From an uncultured Methylomirabilota bacterium (lineage in GTDB: Bacteria; Methylomirabilota; Methylomirabilia; Methylomirabilales; 2-02-FULL-66-22), in contig OY970067.1 in assembly GCA_963705305.1 (NCBI GenBank), forward strand, positions 5,152,001 through 5,216,000: 64,000 nucleotides of DNA, in the 5' to 3' direction. The position numbers and the translations under genes were made by a program. Shown here piece by piece: positions 28,640 to 38,256 of this stretch (position 1 is the stretch's first letter; each line of letters starts with the position of its first letter). The notes beneath the pieces were generated by a model. That model was not told where the DNA came from and did not search any database. It saw only the letters and a list, made by a program, of their open reading frames with translations.

Positions 28640-29074
28640 CTATCGGCGATCCATGCTCTGCCCACAATCCCACATCCCTGCGTAGTCGCTCCGCCGCCCA
28701 TCCCGATCCCGATACGCCGGGATCGCCGGACTCCGGTATCCCTCCACACGGCCCGGCACATAAACCACCCGCGAAGGAGCGCGATAGATCGTAATCGGAG
28801 GAGCAGGGACCACGGGGGGCTGCGTGTAGATCACCGGAGGCGGAGTGTAGACGACCGGAGGCGGGGGACTATAGATCGTAGGAGGCGCCGGGTACGCCGC
28901 GACCGGGGCTTGAAGCGCGTTCAAGAGGATGCTGCCGGCTATGAGCACACCCGCTCCGATGACGGCTCCTGCCCATCTGTTGCTGACGGCGTGACTATCG
29001 CCGGCCAGTGCCGCAGTGGGGACCATCGCGAGCATCAAGCCAATAACCAGAGTGATCGCCAATATCTTTCGCAT
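28640..29074 (-). CDS. Secreted proline-rich hypothetical protein
   Basis: RBS aaggagg; signal peptide MRKILAITLVIGL..AALA; GAVIGAG; repeated (V/I)Y.PPP. Confidence 0.7.
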   Translation of the reverse strand: MRKILAITLVIGLMLAMVPTAALAGDSHAVSNRWAGAVIGAGVLIAGSILLNALQAPVAAYPAPPTIYSPPPPVVYTPPPVIYTQPPVVPAPPITIYRAPSRVVYVPGRVEGYRSPAIPAYRDRDGRRSDYAGMWDCGQSMDRR

Positions 29075-29527
29075 CTCACTTCCTCCTTTTTCGGGAAGGT
29101 GTCGCTTTCTGTTTTCTTCCAGTGAACAAAATATAAATGAGTGAGTGCTCACTTATTATTACAATTCATGATGCCTCGTTGTTTCATTCGAGCAAACAAG
29201 GAATGGATGACATGTATCGCTAATTGTTCGATGTGATACCATATACCATACAGGTGTATAGTTTATAAGGAGACGAATTCCCGTTGGAGGTCGCTGACGG
29301 AACTGCCGCCGCGATTATCTCGACTCCTGTTCCCACTTGACACTCGATGCCGCCGAGCGTACCGTTTCCCCGGTCATCCGGAGACAATGCCCGTCGGTCG
29401 GAGGAGACTCGAAGGTGGAAGGCCGGCTTCCCGGCCATTCCGCAGGCGGTGCCGGGCAGGAGAATTCTCAGGACGGAGCGCCGAAGGGCCGAAGAGAATC
29501 GAGAGAAACCGACTGGAGAGCGCGGCT

Positions 29528-30055
29528 ATGGATCGGACGGTTACCTGTCCACATTGTCAATCGACCCAGGCGATTGACGCCCAAGACGTGGATCGTTCCG
29601 ATGTTTGGTGCGAGCGGTGCGGATACCTGATCAAGGCGGGGTTCGATGCTGCGGCGCTTTCCCGGGGGGCCAAGATCCTCTGGATCGACGATGACCGCCT
29701 CCTGCTCAGCTTCGGGAAGGACACCCTTGAACGGCACGGCTACCGAACCGTCACCGCAACCGACGGCCCTTCTGGAATCGCCGCGGCAAAGAAGGAGGCG
29801 CCGGACCTGATCATCGTCGACATCATCCTGCCCAACAATATGGACGGATACGAGGTCTGCCGCCGCCTGCGGACCGAGCCCGCACTGAAGGAAACGCCGA
29901 TCATCCTCCTCACTGCCCTGGAGAACCCCAAGGCGGGTTTGCCCGGGGGCGGCGTTGGCGCCACCTTCATGATGAGCAAGCCCTCCCGGCCCGAACGCAT
30001 TCTGGGCCTCATCGAGTCGCTCTTGAGCCGGAAGCCCGACCTGCCGAAGCTGTGA
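29528..30055 (+). CDS. Response regulator receiver with N-terminal zinc ribbon
   Basis: CPHC..CERC followed by ILWIDDD, PDLIIVD, MDGYEVCRRL, LLT, KP. Confidence 0.85.
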   Translation: MDRTVTCPHCQSTQAIDAQDVDRSDVWCERCGYLIKAGFDAAALSRGAKILWIDDDRLLLSFGKDTLERHGYRTVTATDGPSGIAAAKKEAPDLIIVDIILPNNMDGYEVCRRLRTEPALKETPIILLTALENPKAGLPGGGVGATFMMSKPSRPERILGLIESLLSRKPDLPKL

Positions 30056-30235
30056 GGGTCAACCGGCAGCGCGACCCGTTCTCCGCCGCAGCCGCCATGC
30101 GGCCTTCTGCGGCACCGTCCGCCGTATCCCCTGCCGGTGAATGCGTACCGCCGCATCGCGCGATGGTCCTCGCAGCGCTCCCGACGCTGGTGCAGCGGGC
30201 GCGCGTCGGCCCCCCACGCCCATCCCGTGTTCCGA

Positions 30236-30484
30236 TCATCGGCCACCGCCGGGGGTCCGCCGCGGCGGGGCGCAATCGGCGGCGTATCGGCGCCAGGCGC
30301 GGCGCGCGGTCTCCAACGTGGCGTGGGAGCACCCCGCCCCCTGAAGCTGGCTCTCCAGGGCGCCGAGACTGGACGGATCCTGCCATTCCGGATCCTGCAC
30401 CACGGCCCGTGCGAACTCGCCGAAGGCGGTCTCCTCGCCTCGGTACTGCATCAACCACCTGGTGAACGTGGCGCCATCCGTCAT
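30236..30484 (-). CDS. YozE-like SAM-domain small protein
   Basis: TFTRWL..Y......GEFARAV..DPEW...AWRRY pattern; 3' end of ORF 30236..32620. Confidence 0.65.
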   Translation of the reverse strand: MTDGATFTRWLMQYRGEETAFGEFARAVVQDPEWQDPSSLGALESQLQGAGCSHATLETARRAWRRYAADCAPPRRTPGGGR

Positions 30485-30573
30485 GCCGTCCCCGCCGGAA
30501 GCAGCGGAAATCCGCCAGCGCGTCCGCCCTTCCCCGAAAGTGACCGGCCGATCCCTCCCCGGACCGCCTCTCC

Positions 30574-31641
30574 CTATCGCCCGTAGAACAGCCTGGGCGG
30601 ATGAAGCATGTGCCACACTTCGTCGCAGGCATCCAGCGCTTCTTGGGACAGGCGCATCCCAACCGCCCCCATGTTCTCCTCCAGCTGCTCGACCGAAGTG
30701 GCCCCGCAGACGATCGACGTGATCCCCTGCTTGTTCAAAACCCAGGCGAGGGCGAATTGGGCCAGGCTCTTGCCGTGATCGCCGGCGATCCGCTTCAGCC
30801 GCTCCACCGCGGCGAAGTCCAGCTCCGTCCAATACTTCTCGTTGTACCGGAATCCCTGGGAGGACAGGCTGAACCGCCGCCCATCGAGAGGGGGTTTCCC
30901 CTGCTCGTACTTCCCCGCCAGGAAGCCGGCCGCCAGCGGACTGAACACTGCCACCCCGATCCCCTCTTCGAGACAGAGCGGGAGGAGCTCGTACTCGATA
31001 TCCCGCGCCAGGAGGTTGAAGGGGGGCTGAAGGATATCCCACCGCGCCAGGTTGTGCTTGTCGCTGATCCAGAGGGCCTTGCAGACCTGGAAGGCCCGGA
31101 AGTTGGAGGAGCCCAGGTACCGCACCTTGCCCTGGCGCACGAGATCGTCCATGGCGCGCAGCGTCTCGTCCAGCGGCGTGTCGTAATCGGGCATGTGGGC
31201 GTAATAGATGTCGAGGTAGTCCGTCCCCAGCCGCGTGAGGCTTCCCTCGACGGCCTGCATGATGTGCTTCCGGGAAAGCCCCATATCGTTGGGCCCCACC
31301 TGGTCGCCCGCAGGCCAAGAGTGGAACGGCCGGGGCCGTGCCAGGTCGAGCGGCCCGGCGACCTTCTGCTCGCCGTATTTCGCCGCCAGGCGGCGCAGAT
31401 GTCCCGCCTTGGATGCAAGGACGAGCGAGTCCCGCACTCCCCTGATGGCCTTGCCGAGGATCTCCTCCGTCACCCCGTTGGCATACATGTCCGCGGTGTC
31501 GATGAACGTGACCCCGCCGTCGAGCGCCCGGCGGATGATCCGCAGGGACGCCGGCTCGTCCACCTGCCGGCCGAACATCATCGTGCCGAGACAAAAGGCC
31601 GATACCTTCAGCCCGGTGCGCCCCACCTTCCTGTACTCCAT
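30574..31641 (-). CDS. Aldo/keto reductase
   Basis: GLKVS..CLGTMMFG, DTADMY, SL.RLGTDYLDIY, GKVRYLGSSN, SPLAAG. Confidence 0.95.
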   Translation of the reverse strand: MEYRKVGRTGLKVSAFCLGTMMFGRQVDEPASLRIIRRALDGGVTFIDTADMYANGVTEEILGKAIRGVRDSLVLASKAGHLRRLAAKYGEQKVAGPLDLARPRPFHSWPAGDQVGPNDMGLSRKHIMQAVEGSLTRLGTDYLDIYYAHMPDYDTPLDETLRAMDDLVRQGKVRYLGSSNFRAFQVCKALWISDKHNLARWDILQPPFNLLARDIEYELLPLCLEEGIGVAVFSPLAAGFLAGKYEQGKPPLDGRRFSLSSQGFRYNEKYWTELDFAAVERLKRIAGDHGKSLAQFALAWVLNKQGITSIVCGATSVEQLEENMGAVGMRLSQEALDACDEVWHMLHPPRLFYGR

Positions 31642-32146
31642 CCGACGCCTCCTCTTCCCCCTCCGATTTTTCCCTGGCCAGTCGGACCTGGACGCTACCA
31701 GTCGCGACGGATCGGGTCAAGCCCCTTCCCCTTGCGCCGTCTCGCGGCTTGACAGGTGACAGCGCGGGAGCTAGGCTCCTGCCAGAGCCTCCCGGAGCCA
31801 CCGCGGTCTTTCGGGAGAGCTCGCCCACCCCGGAACCACCGCGCACGACGGGCCAAGCTGGCCCTTGCCTCTCTTGCGTACACAACCGGCGTCCTCGGGG
31901 CATCCGTTCCTCCCGGCTCCCCCACCCCCCGAGACGTGCCTCCCGCCCCCGCCGGGAGCGGCAAACGAAACGGCTGCCCTGTGCTCGGTTGGTGCCGGGA
32001 GCAGCGGACAGCTCTGCTTGGGCAGACGGTCCAACGTACGATGGAGCATGCGTCGGCATCCCCGAGGTCGCAGAGCGGTTGCTCGGCCTGAGGCAATCCC
32101 GTTCGCTCGCTGGTCGGACGGTTCCGGAAGAGGGGAGGAGCAGGAT

Positions 32147-32551
32147 ATGAGTGAGATGGCAGACCGGCGACGCGTGGCGCGGGTCACCGTCCCGCGACAC
32201 CCCGGCGGCCCGGAGCTGGAGCTCCAGCTGGTGCGGATCCTGGATCTGAGCCCTCTGGGGGCCCGCATCGAGCATCCGGAGCCGATGCGCGAGGGGGTGG
32301 TCTGCTATGTGGATCTCCCGCCCGCCTTCGGGCGGATCCGCCTCACCGGCCGGGTGGTGTGGAGCGAGGTCCGCGTCAGCGAGCAGACCGTTGAAGGCGA
32401 ACGGCGCCGCCACTACCAGAGCGGGATCGAGTTCGTCGCGCTGACCGAGGAACAGCAGATCACCCTGGAGGCCGCACTGGAGATGTTCGCCGTGCGATAT
32501 CCCGACGACGCACCGCCTGCCGGCAATCCATCGCCGCACGACGTTTCGTGA
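32147..32551 (+). CDS. PilZ-domain protein
   Basis: RRRVAR (RxxxR), DLSPLG (DxSxxG), GRVVW, GIEF; RBS ggaggag. Confidence 0.85.
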   Translation: MSEMADRRRVARVTVPRHPGGPELELQLVRILDLSPLGARIEHPEPMREGVVCYVDLPPAFGRIRLTGRVVWSEVRVSEQTVEGERRRHYQSGIEFVALTEEQQITLEAALEMFAVRYPDDAPPAGNPSPHDVS

Positions 32552-33160
32552 GGGGCGGCGGGACCCCCTGCGCCTGACGGCTGTCCTCTCCCCGGCCGCT
32601 CGCCGTAAGACAAGCGTCATCCCGACTGCCCCAGACCCCCCGCAGGGGACAGAACCTGCGCCATCGCCGCGCTAAACGACGGTGCGTCTGCCCGCCATCG
32701 CCTTGACGCCGGCGGCCCCCGCCTGTCGGCCCTGCCTCCGGACCTGCCGCAGGGACACTGCCCCACTCGAGACTACCTCACCGCCAAGCCGCTAAGAATT
32801 TCATGGCTGAAATGGGCGGAGCCCCCAAGGACTGGAACTGCATCACGTCCGCTAGCCGGTGCTCCAGTGCCGTGAATCATGCCCACCGGGATCTCTCCAA
32901 TATCGAGCCTTGGCGTCATGGCGGTTGTAGAGTCCTTTCGGTCCACGCTCTATTGACAGGCCCCTAGCCGTCCGTCAGCGTCCGATCAGCTCGGCATGGG
33001 GGGAGACCGTCACGGAGCTCGGCAGGTCCCGCGCTCTGGCGGTCCGGAGAGGCGGAGACGGTGCACCCGCCGAGTTTCCTGCTTTCGCGTCGACGGGGAG
33101 AGAGACAGGCAACCACCCGGCCTTGGGGGCAGGGCCGTTCGAAGGACCGGAGGGACGGTG

Positions 33161-33415
33161 ATGGGGCAGCCGAAAGTCTTCTCCATGTGCGTGCGATGCC
33201 GGGATGACGACGGAAAACACGATGTCCCCGCCACCCACCGACTCCAGGTGCAGGAAGTGGGGACGGCGTTGCCCCGTGAGGTGTGGGGATGCAAGGCCCA
33301 CGTCGCCAAGGCCTACGCCCAGATCATTGCGACGCGCCGGCCGCTCGACGCCTTCGTCCATAACATGGAGACGGGACAATGCCTGGCCAAGGCTCGTTTG
33401 CGGTGGGAAGACTGA
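33161..33415 (+). CDS. Small hypothetical protein with CxxC and CxxH motifs
   Basis: RBS ggaggg; CVRC...PATH...CKAH. Confidence 0.55.
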   Translation: MGQPKVFSMCVRCRDDDGKHDVPATHRLQVQEVGTALPREVWGCKAHVAKAYAQIIATRRPLDAFVHNMETGQCLAKARLRWED

Positions 33416-33496
33416 GAGGGCGCGCGAGCGTCAGGGGCAGGCGGTTTGTGGGAGCCTCTTGCGCAAAACCGGTCGGCCTCCCCGAAGCCTCCCGTC

Positions 33497-35443
33497 CTAC
33501 CCGCTCAGGCCGAACTGGGCGGGCAGGAAGAGCGTGAACCAGGGCACAAAGGCGACAATGAGGAGTCCGATGCACAGCACGATGACGTAGGGAATCATCT
33601 CCCGGGAGGACTTCTCGATCGTCGTCTCGCACACCGCACACGCGATATAGAACCCAATCCCTACCGGGGGCATGAAAGCCCCAATCCCCATGGCGATCAA
33701 TAAGACAATCCCATAATGCAGTTCGCTAATGCCGATCTTCCCTGCGATAGGCAAGAGGATGGGCGCCATAATAAGTAAGGCCGGCAATCCTTCCAGGATG
33801 AGTCCGGTTACGATGAGCAGGACGATGGACGCGAGGATGAAAGCCCATTGGTCGTGACGGATCCCGCTCAGGAGCCCCACGAGTCGGTCCGGCAGGTCAG
33901 CCACGGTGAGCGACCACGCAAAGCTGGATGCGCCTCCCGTGATGAACAAGATCATGCCGGTGATGGATGCGCAATCAACCATCCCCCGAATGAACGTTCG
34001 GAGCCCCAACTCGTGGTAAATGATACAGGCAAGAACGAGCCCGTACACCACGGCGAACGACGAGACCTCCGTCGCGGTGCCCACCCCGGCGAGGATGCCC
34101 CCGAAAAGGATCACCGGCATGAGCAGGGGCAACAATCCCTGCAGCGTCGCCTTGGCGAGATAGCGCAAGGTCGCCCGGGGCGGCCGTGGCGTGGTGGACC
34201 TTCGAAACTGAAAATAGATCAGCACCATCAGGCAGACCCCGATCACGGCTGCGGGGATCAGCCCGCCAATGAACAGGGTACCAAGAGAGATCGTGGTCAC
34301 TGCCGCGAGCACGAGCATGGGAAGGCTCGGAGGGACCGTCTCCCCCATGACGGCCGCCGACGCCAGCACGGCCGTGGCCTTTTCGAGGCTGTACCCTTCC
34401 TTGCGCAGCATGTCCCGCATCACGAACCCCACGGCGGCTACGTCGGCTGCCTTGGACCCCGAGAGGCCGGACACAATGTACATGCTCACGACCATGACCT
34501 GGAACAGCCCGCCGCGGACATGGCCGACGAATGCATGCACCATGTGGACGAGACGGCGACTGATCCCCCCCTCGTTCATGATCGTGCCAGCGAGAATGAA
34601 GAACGGGATGGCCAGGAGGACGAATCCGGTAATCCCCCGCATCATCGTCTGCGACAGCATGATGGGAGGCATCCTGCCCGCCGCGTGCAAATAGCAAAGC
34701 GTGCTCAGCAACAGCGAGAAGCCCACAGGAAGCCCCATCAGGACGGTGATAAAAAAGATCGCCAGGTCTAAGTAGAGGGCCGCGTCGCCGGCGAACCATG
34801 GCCGCCAGGTCTGCCGGGTTGCCACAAGGGTGAGAATGAGAACCGCAAGTCCGCATCCTATCGCCAGGACGGTAGGCCGATGCTGGATGAGGAGGCGATC
34901 AACGGCTGTGATTGCAAGTACAAGCATGCATAGAATGAATGGCAACACATACCAGCTGGTGTGCACCTGCAGGACGGGGGTCAGGTCGTTCCAGCGCTCA
35001 AGGACGAATGAGTAGCCGCTCATTCCCATCGTGACCGCGACGATGAGAACCAGAAATTGGATCAGCGCAAAGCACGCGCGGCGCCACCGCATCGGCAGCG
35101 CATCCAGCAGCGTCCGAATATACGCGTGTTCGCCCCGCCGATACGAGAACGCCCCGCCCAAGAAGGCGATTGTGGTGAGGGACATCTCCGCCGGTTCGTT
35201 GGTCCAGACCCACGGAATGCCGAAGAGCGAGCGACCCAGCGTGCTGAGAAAGACCACGCCGAGCTCCGCGATCAGCGCAGCGGCAAGAATAGCCTCCAGC
35301 ACCGCGTCGATCACCCCCGGCACAGAGCGATCAGAGCCCTCCCTGCCGCCGGCCGCTCGCGGCTCCTCTGTGAGCCCTGCCATGGAACCTGTTGCGTCAT
35401 GGGTCGAGAGGCTCCTGATCGAACCATTCTCTTCCTTCCTCAT
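33497..35443 (-). CDS. TRAP transporter, fused DctQ-DctM permease
   Basis: N-terminal DctQ (WTNE..E, GEH), then LAIPFFILAG.IMN.GG, SGSKAAD, PPS, TATE, PPVG. Start uncertain. Confidence 0.92.
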   Translation of the reverse strand: MRKEENGSIRSLSTHDATGSMAGLTEEPRAAGGREGSDRSVPGVIDAVLEAILAAALIAELGVVFLSTLGRSLFGIPWVWTNEPAEMSLTTIAFLGGAFSYRRGEHAYIRTLLDALPMRWRRACFALIQFLVLIVAVTMGMSGYSFVLERWNDLTPVLQVHTSWYVLPFILCMLVLAITAVDRLLIQHRPTVLAIGCGLAVLILTLVATRQTWRPWFAGDAALYLDLAIFFITVLMGLPVGFSLLLSTLCYLHAAGRMPPIMLSQTMMRGITGFVLLAIPFFILAGTIMNEGGISRRLVHMVHAFVGHVRGGLFQVMVVSMYIVSGLSGSKAADVAAVGFVMRDMLRKEGYSLEKATAVLASAAVMGETVPPSLPMLVLAAVTTISLGTLFIGGLIPAAVIGVCLMVLIYFQFRRSTTPRPPRATLRYLAKATLQGLLPLLMPVILFGGILAGVGTATEVSSFAVVYGLVLACIIYHELGLRTFIRGMVDCASITGMILFITGGASSFAWSLTVADLPDRLVGLLSGIRHDQWAFILASIVLLIVTGLILEGLPALLIMAPILLPIAGKIGISELHYGIVLLIAMGIGAFMPPVGIGFYIACAVCETTIEKSSREMIPYVIVLCIGLLIVAFVPWFTLFLPAQFGLSG

Positions 35444-35543
35444 GACGCCTCTCCCAATCACGGGCGAAGATAGTGGAACACGACCGTGGGGAGGCTGGAC
35501 ATTGGTGGAAAAATGGCCAGCCTCCCCGGCTTGAAGCAATATC

Positions 35544-36527
35544 CTACTTTATGGCCTGAAGTCGCTCATACAGACCGGGCTTCCATAAGGTCTTGTCCAG
35601 CCTTGCGACGGCCGGCTGCACCGCCTTCCGGAAGGCGGCGATATCCGGTTCGATCAAGGTCATCCCCTTGGTTTGCAAATCCCCCATCAGCTTCTTCTCG
35701 AAGGCCGGGGCCAGCGTGTTCGCGTACGCCGTCGCATCCTTCCAGGCCGCGAGAATGAGCTGCTGCTGGTCGGGCTTCAAGGTGTCGAACCACTTCTTGG
35801 ACATCTGGTACTTCGCGGCGGCGTACACGTGGCGTGTGCCAATCAGGTATTTCTGCACTTCGTAGTACTTGTAACTCCAGATGGATTCCAGCGGGTTCTC
35901 CTCTGCTTCCGCCACACCGGTCTTCAGCGCCATATACACCTCGGGGAAGCTCACGACGACGGGCGCCGCTCCCAGGCTCTTCCAGATTTCCACCCAGGAC
36001 TTCATTTCTGGGACACGAAGCTTTATCCCCTTCAGATCGGCGGGTGTCTTGATCGGTCGGTTGGCCGTGAGCCACCTAGCACCGCGGTACACAATTCCGA
36101 CCGTCATCACCCCTCGTTCCTTGAGGAGCATATCATTCACTTCTTTCCCGAAGGGCCCGTTCCAGAATTTCCAGAAGTGATCCGCATCCCGCAGAGCGTA
36201 GGGAACCTCGTACACCATCCACTCGGGATAGAAGATGGCCACATCGCCGGAGCCCATCGCGCCCATTTCCAGCCCGCCCGAGCTCATCGCCTCGAACACC
36301 TCTCGCTCGCCACCCATTGCACCGCCGATATGCAAGTGGACTTCCATGTCCCCCTTGCTGCGCTGCTCGACCAGTTCTTTGAATTTCTCCAGCCCGAAGT
36401 GGACCGGGGCGTCCGGACCATAGACAGATCCGATGTTCAATGTAAGCTTGGGGGCCGCCCCCGCCGGCACGACCATTGCGACGCTCACACAGGCCGCCAT
36501 GACGAGCACCCACACCCTGAATCTCAT
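35544..36527 (-). CDS. dctP: TRAP transporter substrate-binding protein DctP
   Basis: Signal peptide; GGEREV, G.R, DLKGIKLRVP, EVYMALKTGV.EAEENP, YEVQKY. Confidence 0.93.
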   Translation of the reverse strand: MRFRVWVLVMAACVSVAMVVPAGAAPKLTLNIGSVYGPDAPVHFGLEKFKELVEQRSKGDMEVHLHIGGAMGGEREVFEAMSSGGLEMGAMGSGDVAIFYPEWMVYEVPYALRDADHFWKFWNGPFGKEVNDMLLKERGVMTVGIVYRGARWLTANRPIKTPADLKGIKLRVPEMKSWVEIWKSLGAAPVVVSFPEVYMALKTGVAEAEENPLESIWSYKYYEVQKYLIGTRHVYAAAKYQMSKKWFDTLKPDQQQLILAAWKDATAYANTLAPAFEKKLMGDLQTKGMTLIEPDIAAFRKAVQPAVARLDKTLWKPGLYERLQAIK

Positions 36528-36963
36528 CGCTTCCTCCATGCCAAGAATGGCCATCCCAACACCGATCCGCCGTTCTCGCCTCCGACTTCTTCTCCAAGCG
36601 AACCCGCCCGCCCACGGGACCGGCCCCACCAGTCCCCCGCCGCCCAGATCCCCGGTCCAGAAGGCAGCCGCCATACGCCCGGCGATCCGCACGCCCGAAA
36701 CGCCGTCCCGCGATCCCTGCGCCTCGCCCGGCGGCCACCCGGGTCGATGTGCCGCCCGATCTCGACGGACAGATGAACCACATAGGGAGGCCGCCCGGGG
36801 AAGGGCCGACTGTCGCGGAGTATCTCACGGAAAACAACGACGTTCAATCTTTTGATCGGTCCCTGTCCACACATCGGACCAGCTCCCGGAGCTGCGCATG
36901 TCCCTTCGCCCCCACCGTATCTTTCCCCTTGACTGTGCCAGAGGCTGAGAGGTAGTCTCCATT

Positions 36964-36974
36964 TTGTCGTACAA
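36964..36974. promoter_or_regulatory. Candidate GntR/FadR-type operator in the dctP / DUF296-gntR divergon
   Basis: TTGTcgtACAA near-palindrome in an AT-rich patch between divergent genes. Confidence 0.4.
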
Positions 36975-37038
36975 TAATCAATGACAATACCGTGTCCGGA
37001 CGCAGGCAATTCTGTCCTGCATACGCGGGGGGCTTGGG

Positions 37039-37485
37039 ATGGAAGTCATGCGAAGTCGGCTGACCGCTGATATGATCCTGGTGCGGTTTGACCCGGGGGA
37101 GCTGCTTCTCGAGGGACTCCGGGAACTCATCAAATCGGAAGACATCAGGATGGGGGTGGTGGTCTCCGGAATCGGAACATTCAGTGACTGCCGCATCCAC
37201 CACTCGGTGGCAGGGTACCCGCCGGACCTGATGACCCGGCATCAACATTATATCGAGCTGAAGGGCTCCTACGAGATTGCGGCCATCCAGGGGATCATCG
37301 CCGACGGCGAGCCGCATCTGCACGTGACCCTGTGCGAGGGCGACAAGACGATCGCGGGGCATCTGGAGGACGGCTGCAAGGTCCTCACCCTGGCCGAACT
37401 CGCGATTGTGAAGGCCGACGCAGGCCGTGTGCGGCGGGTGGCGCGCGGACCCGCACGGATTCGCCAGCTCACCGCGGAGGAGTAG
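37039..37485 (+). CDS. PPC/DUF296 domain protein
   Basis: RFDPGE.L, SGIG, EI..IQG.I, PHLHVTL, GHL..G. Confidence 0.88.
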   Translation: MEVMRSRLTADMILVRFDPGELLLEGLRELIKSEDIRMGVVVSGIGTFSDCRIHHSVAGYPPDLMTRHQHYIELKGSYEIAAIQGIIADGEPHLHVTLCEGDKTIAGHLEDGCKVLTLAELAIVKADAGRVRRVARGPARIRQLTAEE

Positions 37486-37547
37486 GGCGGATCTGCGGGA
37501 AGCGCTATTTCCCTTCGGACACACCGCCTCCTCTGGCAGGGGCCGGA

Positions 37548-38225
37548 ATGACCAGCGAGACCGTCTACAGGACACTGGAAGAGGAGATCATCCTGGGTCG
37601 CCTGCGGCCGCGGGAACGGCTTCCCGAATCTGCACTCTGCGTCCGGCTCAAGGTGAGCAGAACCCTCCTGCGCGAAGTGTTTCGCCGGCTCGAGGCCGCC
37701 GGCCTGATCGCATTCCAGCGCAACTGCGGGGTCTCCGTCCGGGACTTCAGCCCGGCGGAGGTCGAGGATGTCTACTACTTTCGGTCGGCGCTCGAGCGGG
37801 CCGCCATTCCCCTCATCGTCCAGCGGGTCCGCCCCGAAGACATTCGGGAGCTTCGGACCATCGGCCGCGAGTTCGAGGCAGTCTGCCGAGGGGGAGACAT
37901 GTCCGCGATGATCCTCACCAACTTGGCGTTTCATCGGCGATTGGCCCGGGTGTGCCGGAATGAATTTCTCCGGCAGTCACTGGAAGTATCCCACCTGCAG
38001 ACGCACCAGATTCGCTACGTCGCGTGGTTGAGTCCCGCCCGCATCCAGCGCTCGATCCGGGAGCACAAATCGATCCTTCGATCACTCGTCCAAAGAGACG
38101 CCGCTACGCTCTGGCGGGTGGTCCGGGCCCACCTGGCGGCCGGACGAGGCGATTACCGCCGCATCTTCCCGGTCGGGGAGGTTTCGGGGCCTCGCGCAGA
38201 CCGGCGCCGTCCCGCGACCAGATGA
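37548..38225 (+). CDS. GntR-family (FCD) transcriptional regulator
   Basis: LEEEIILG.LRP.ERL.E, VSRT.LRE, N..FH, N.FL, EH..I. Confidence 0.9.
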   Translation: MTSETVYRTLEEEIILGRLRPRERLPESALCVRLKVSRTLLREVFRRLEAAGLIAFQRNCGVSVRDFSPAEVEDVYYFRSALERAAIPLIVQRVRPEDIRELRTIGREFEAVCRGGDMSAMILTNLAFHRRLARVCRNEFLRQSLEVSHLQTHQIRYVAWLSPARIQRSIREHKSILRSLVQRDAATLWRVVRAHLAAGRGDYRRIFPVGEVSGPRADRRRPATR

Positions 38226-38256
38226 CCCTCCGGCAGCGGCGGAGTGGGAGGCACCC

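Noticed and set aside
30236..32620. 794-aa minus-strand ORF
   Set aside because: GC-driven open frame overlapping the AKR and PilZ genes; only the last 82 codons (YozE-like) look like real protein.
32790..32880. Possible cyclic-dinucleotide riboswitch near the PilZ gene
   Set aside because: Only scattered short matches; no consistent secondary structure found by eye.
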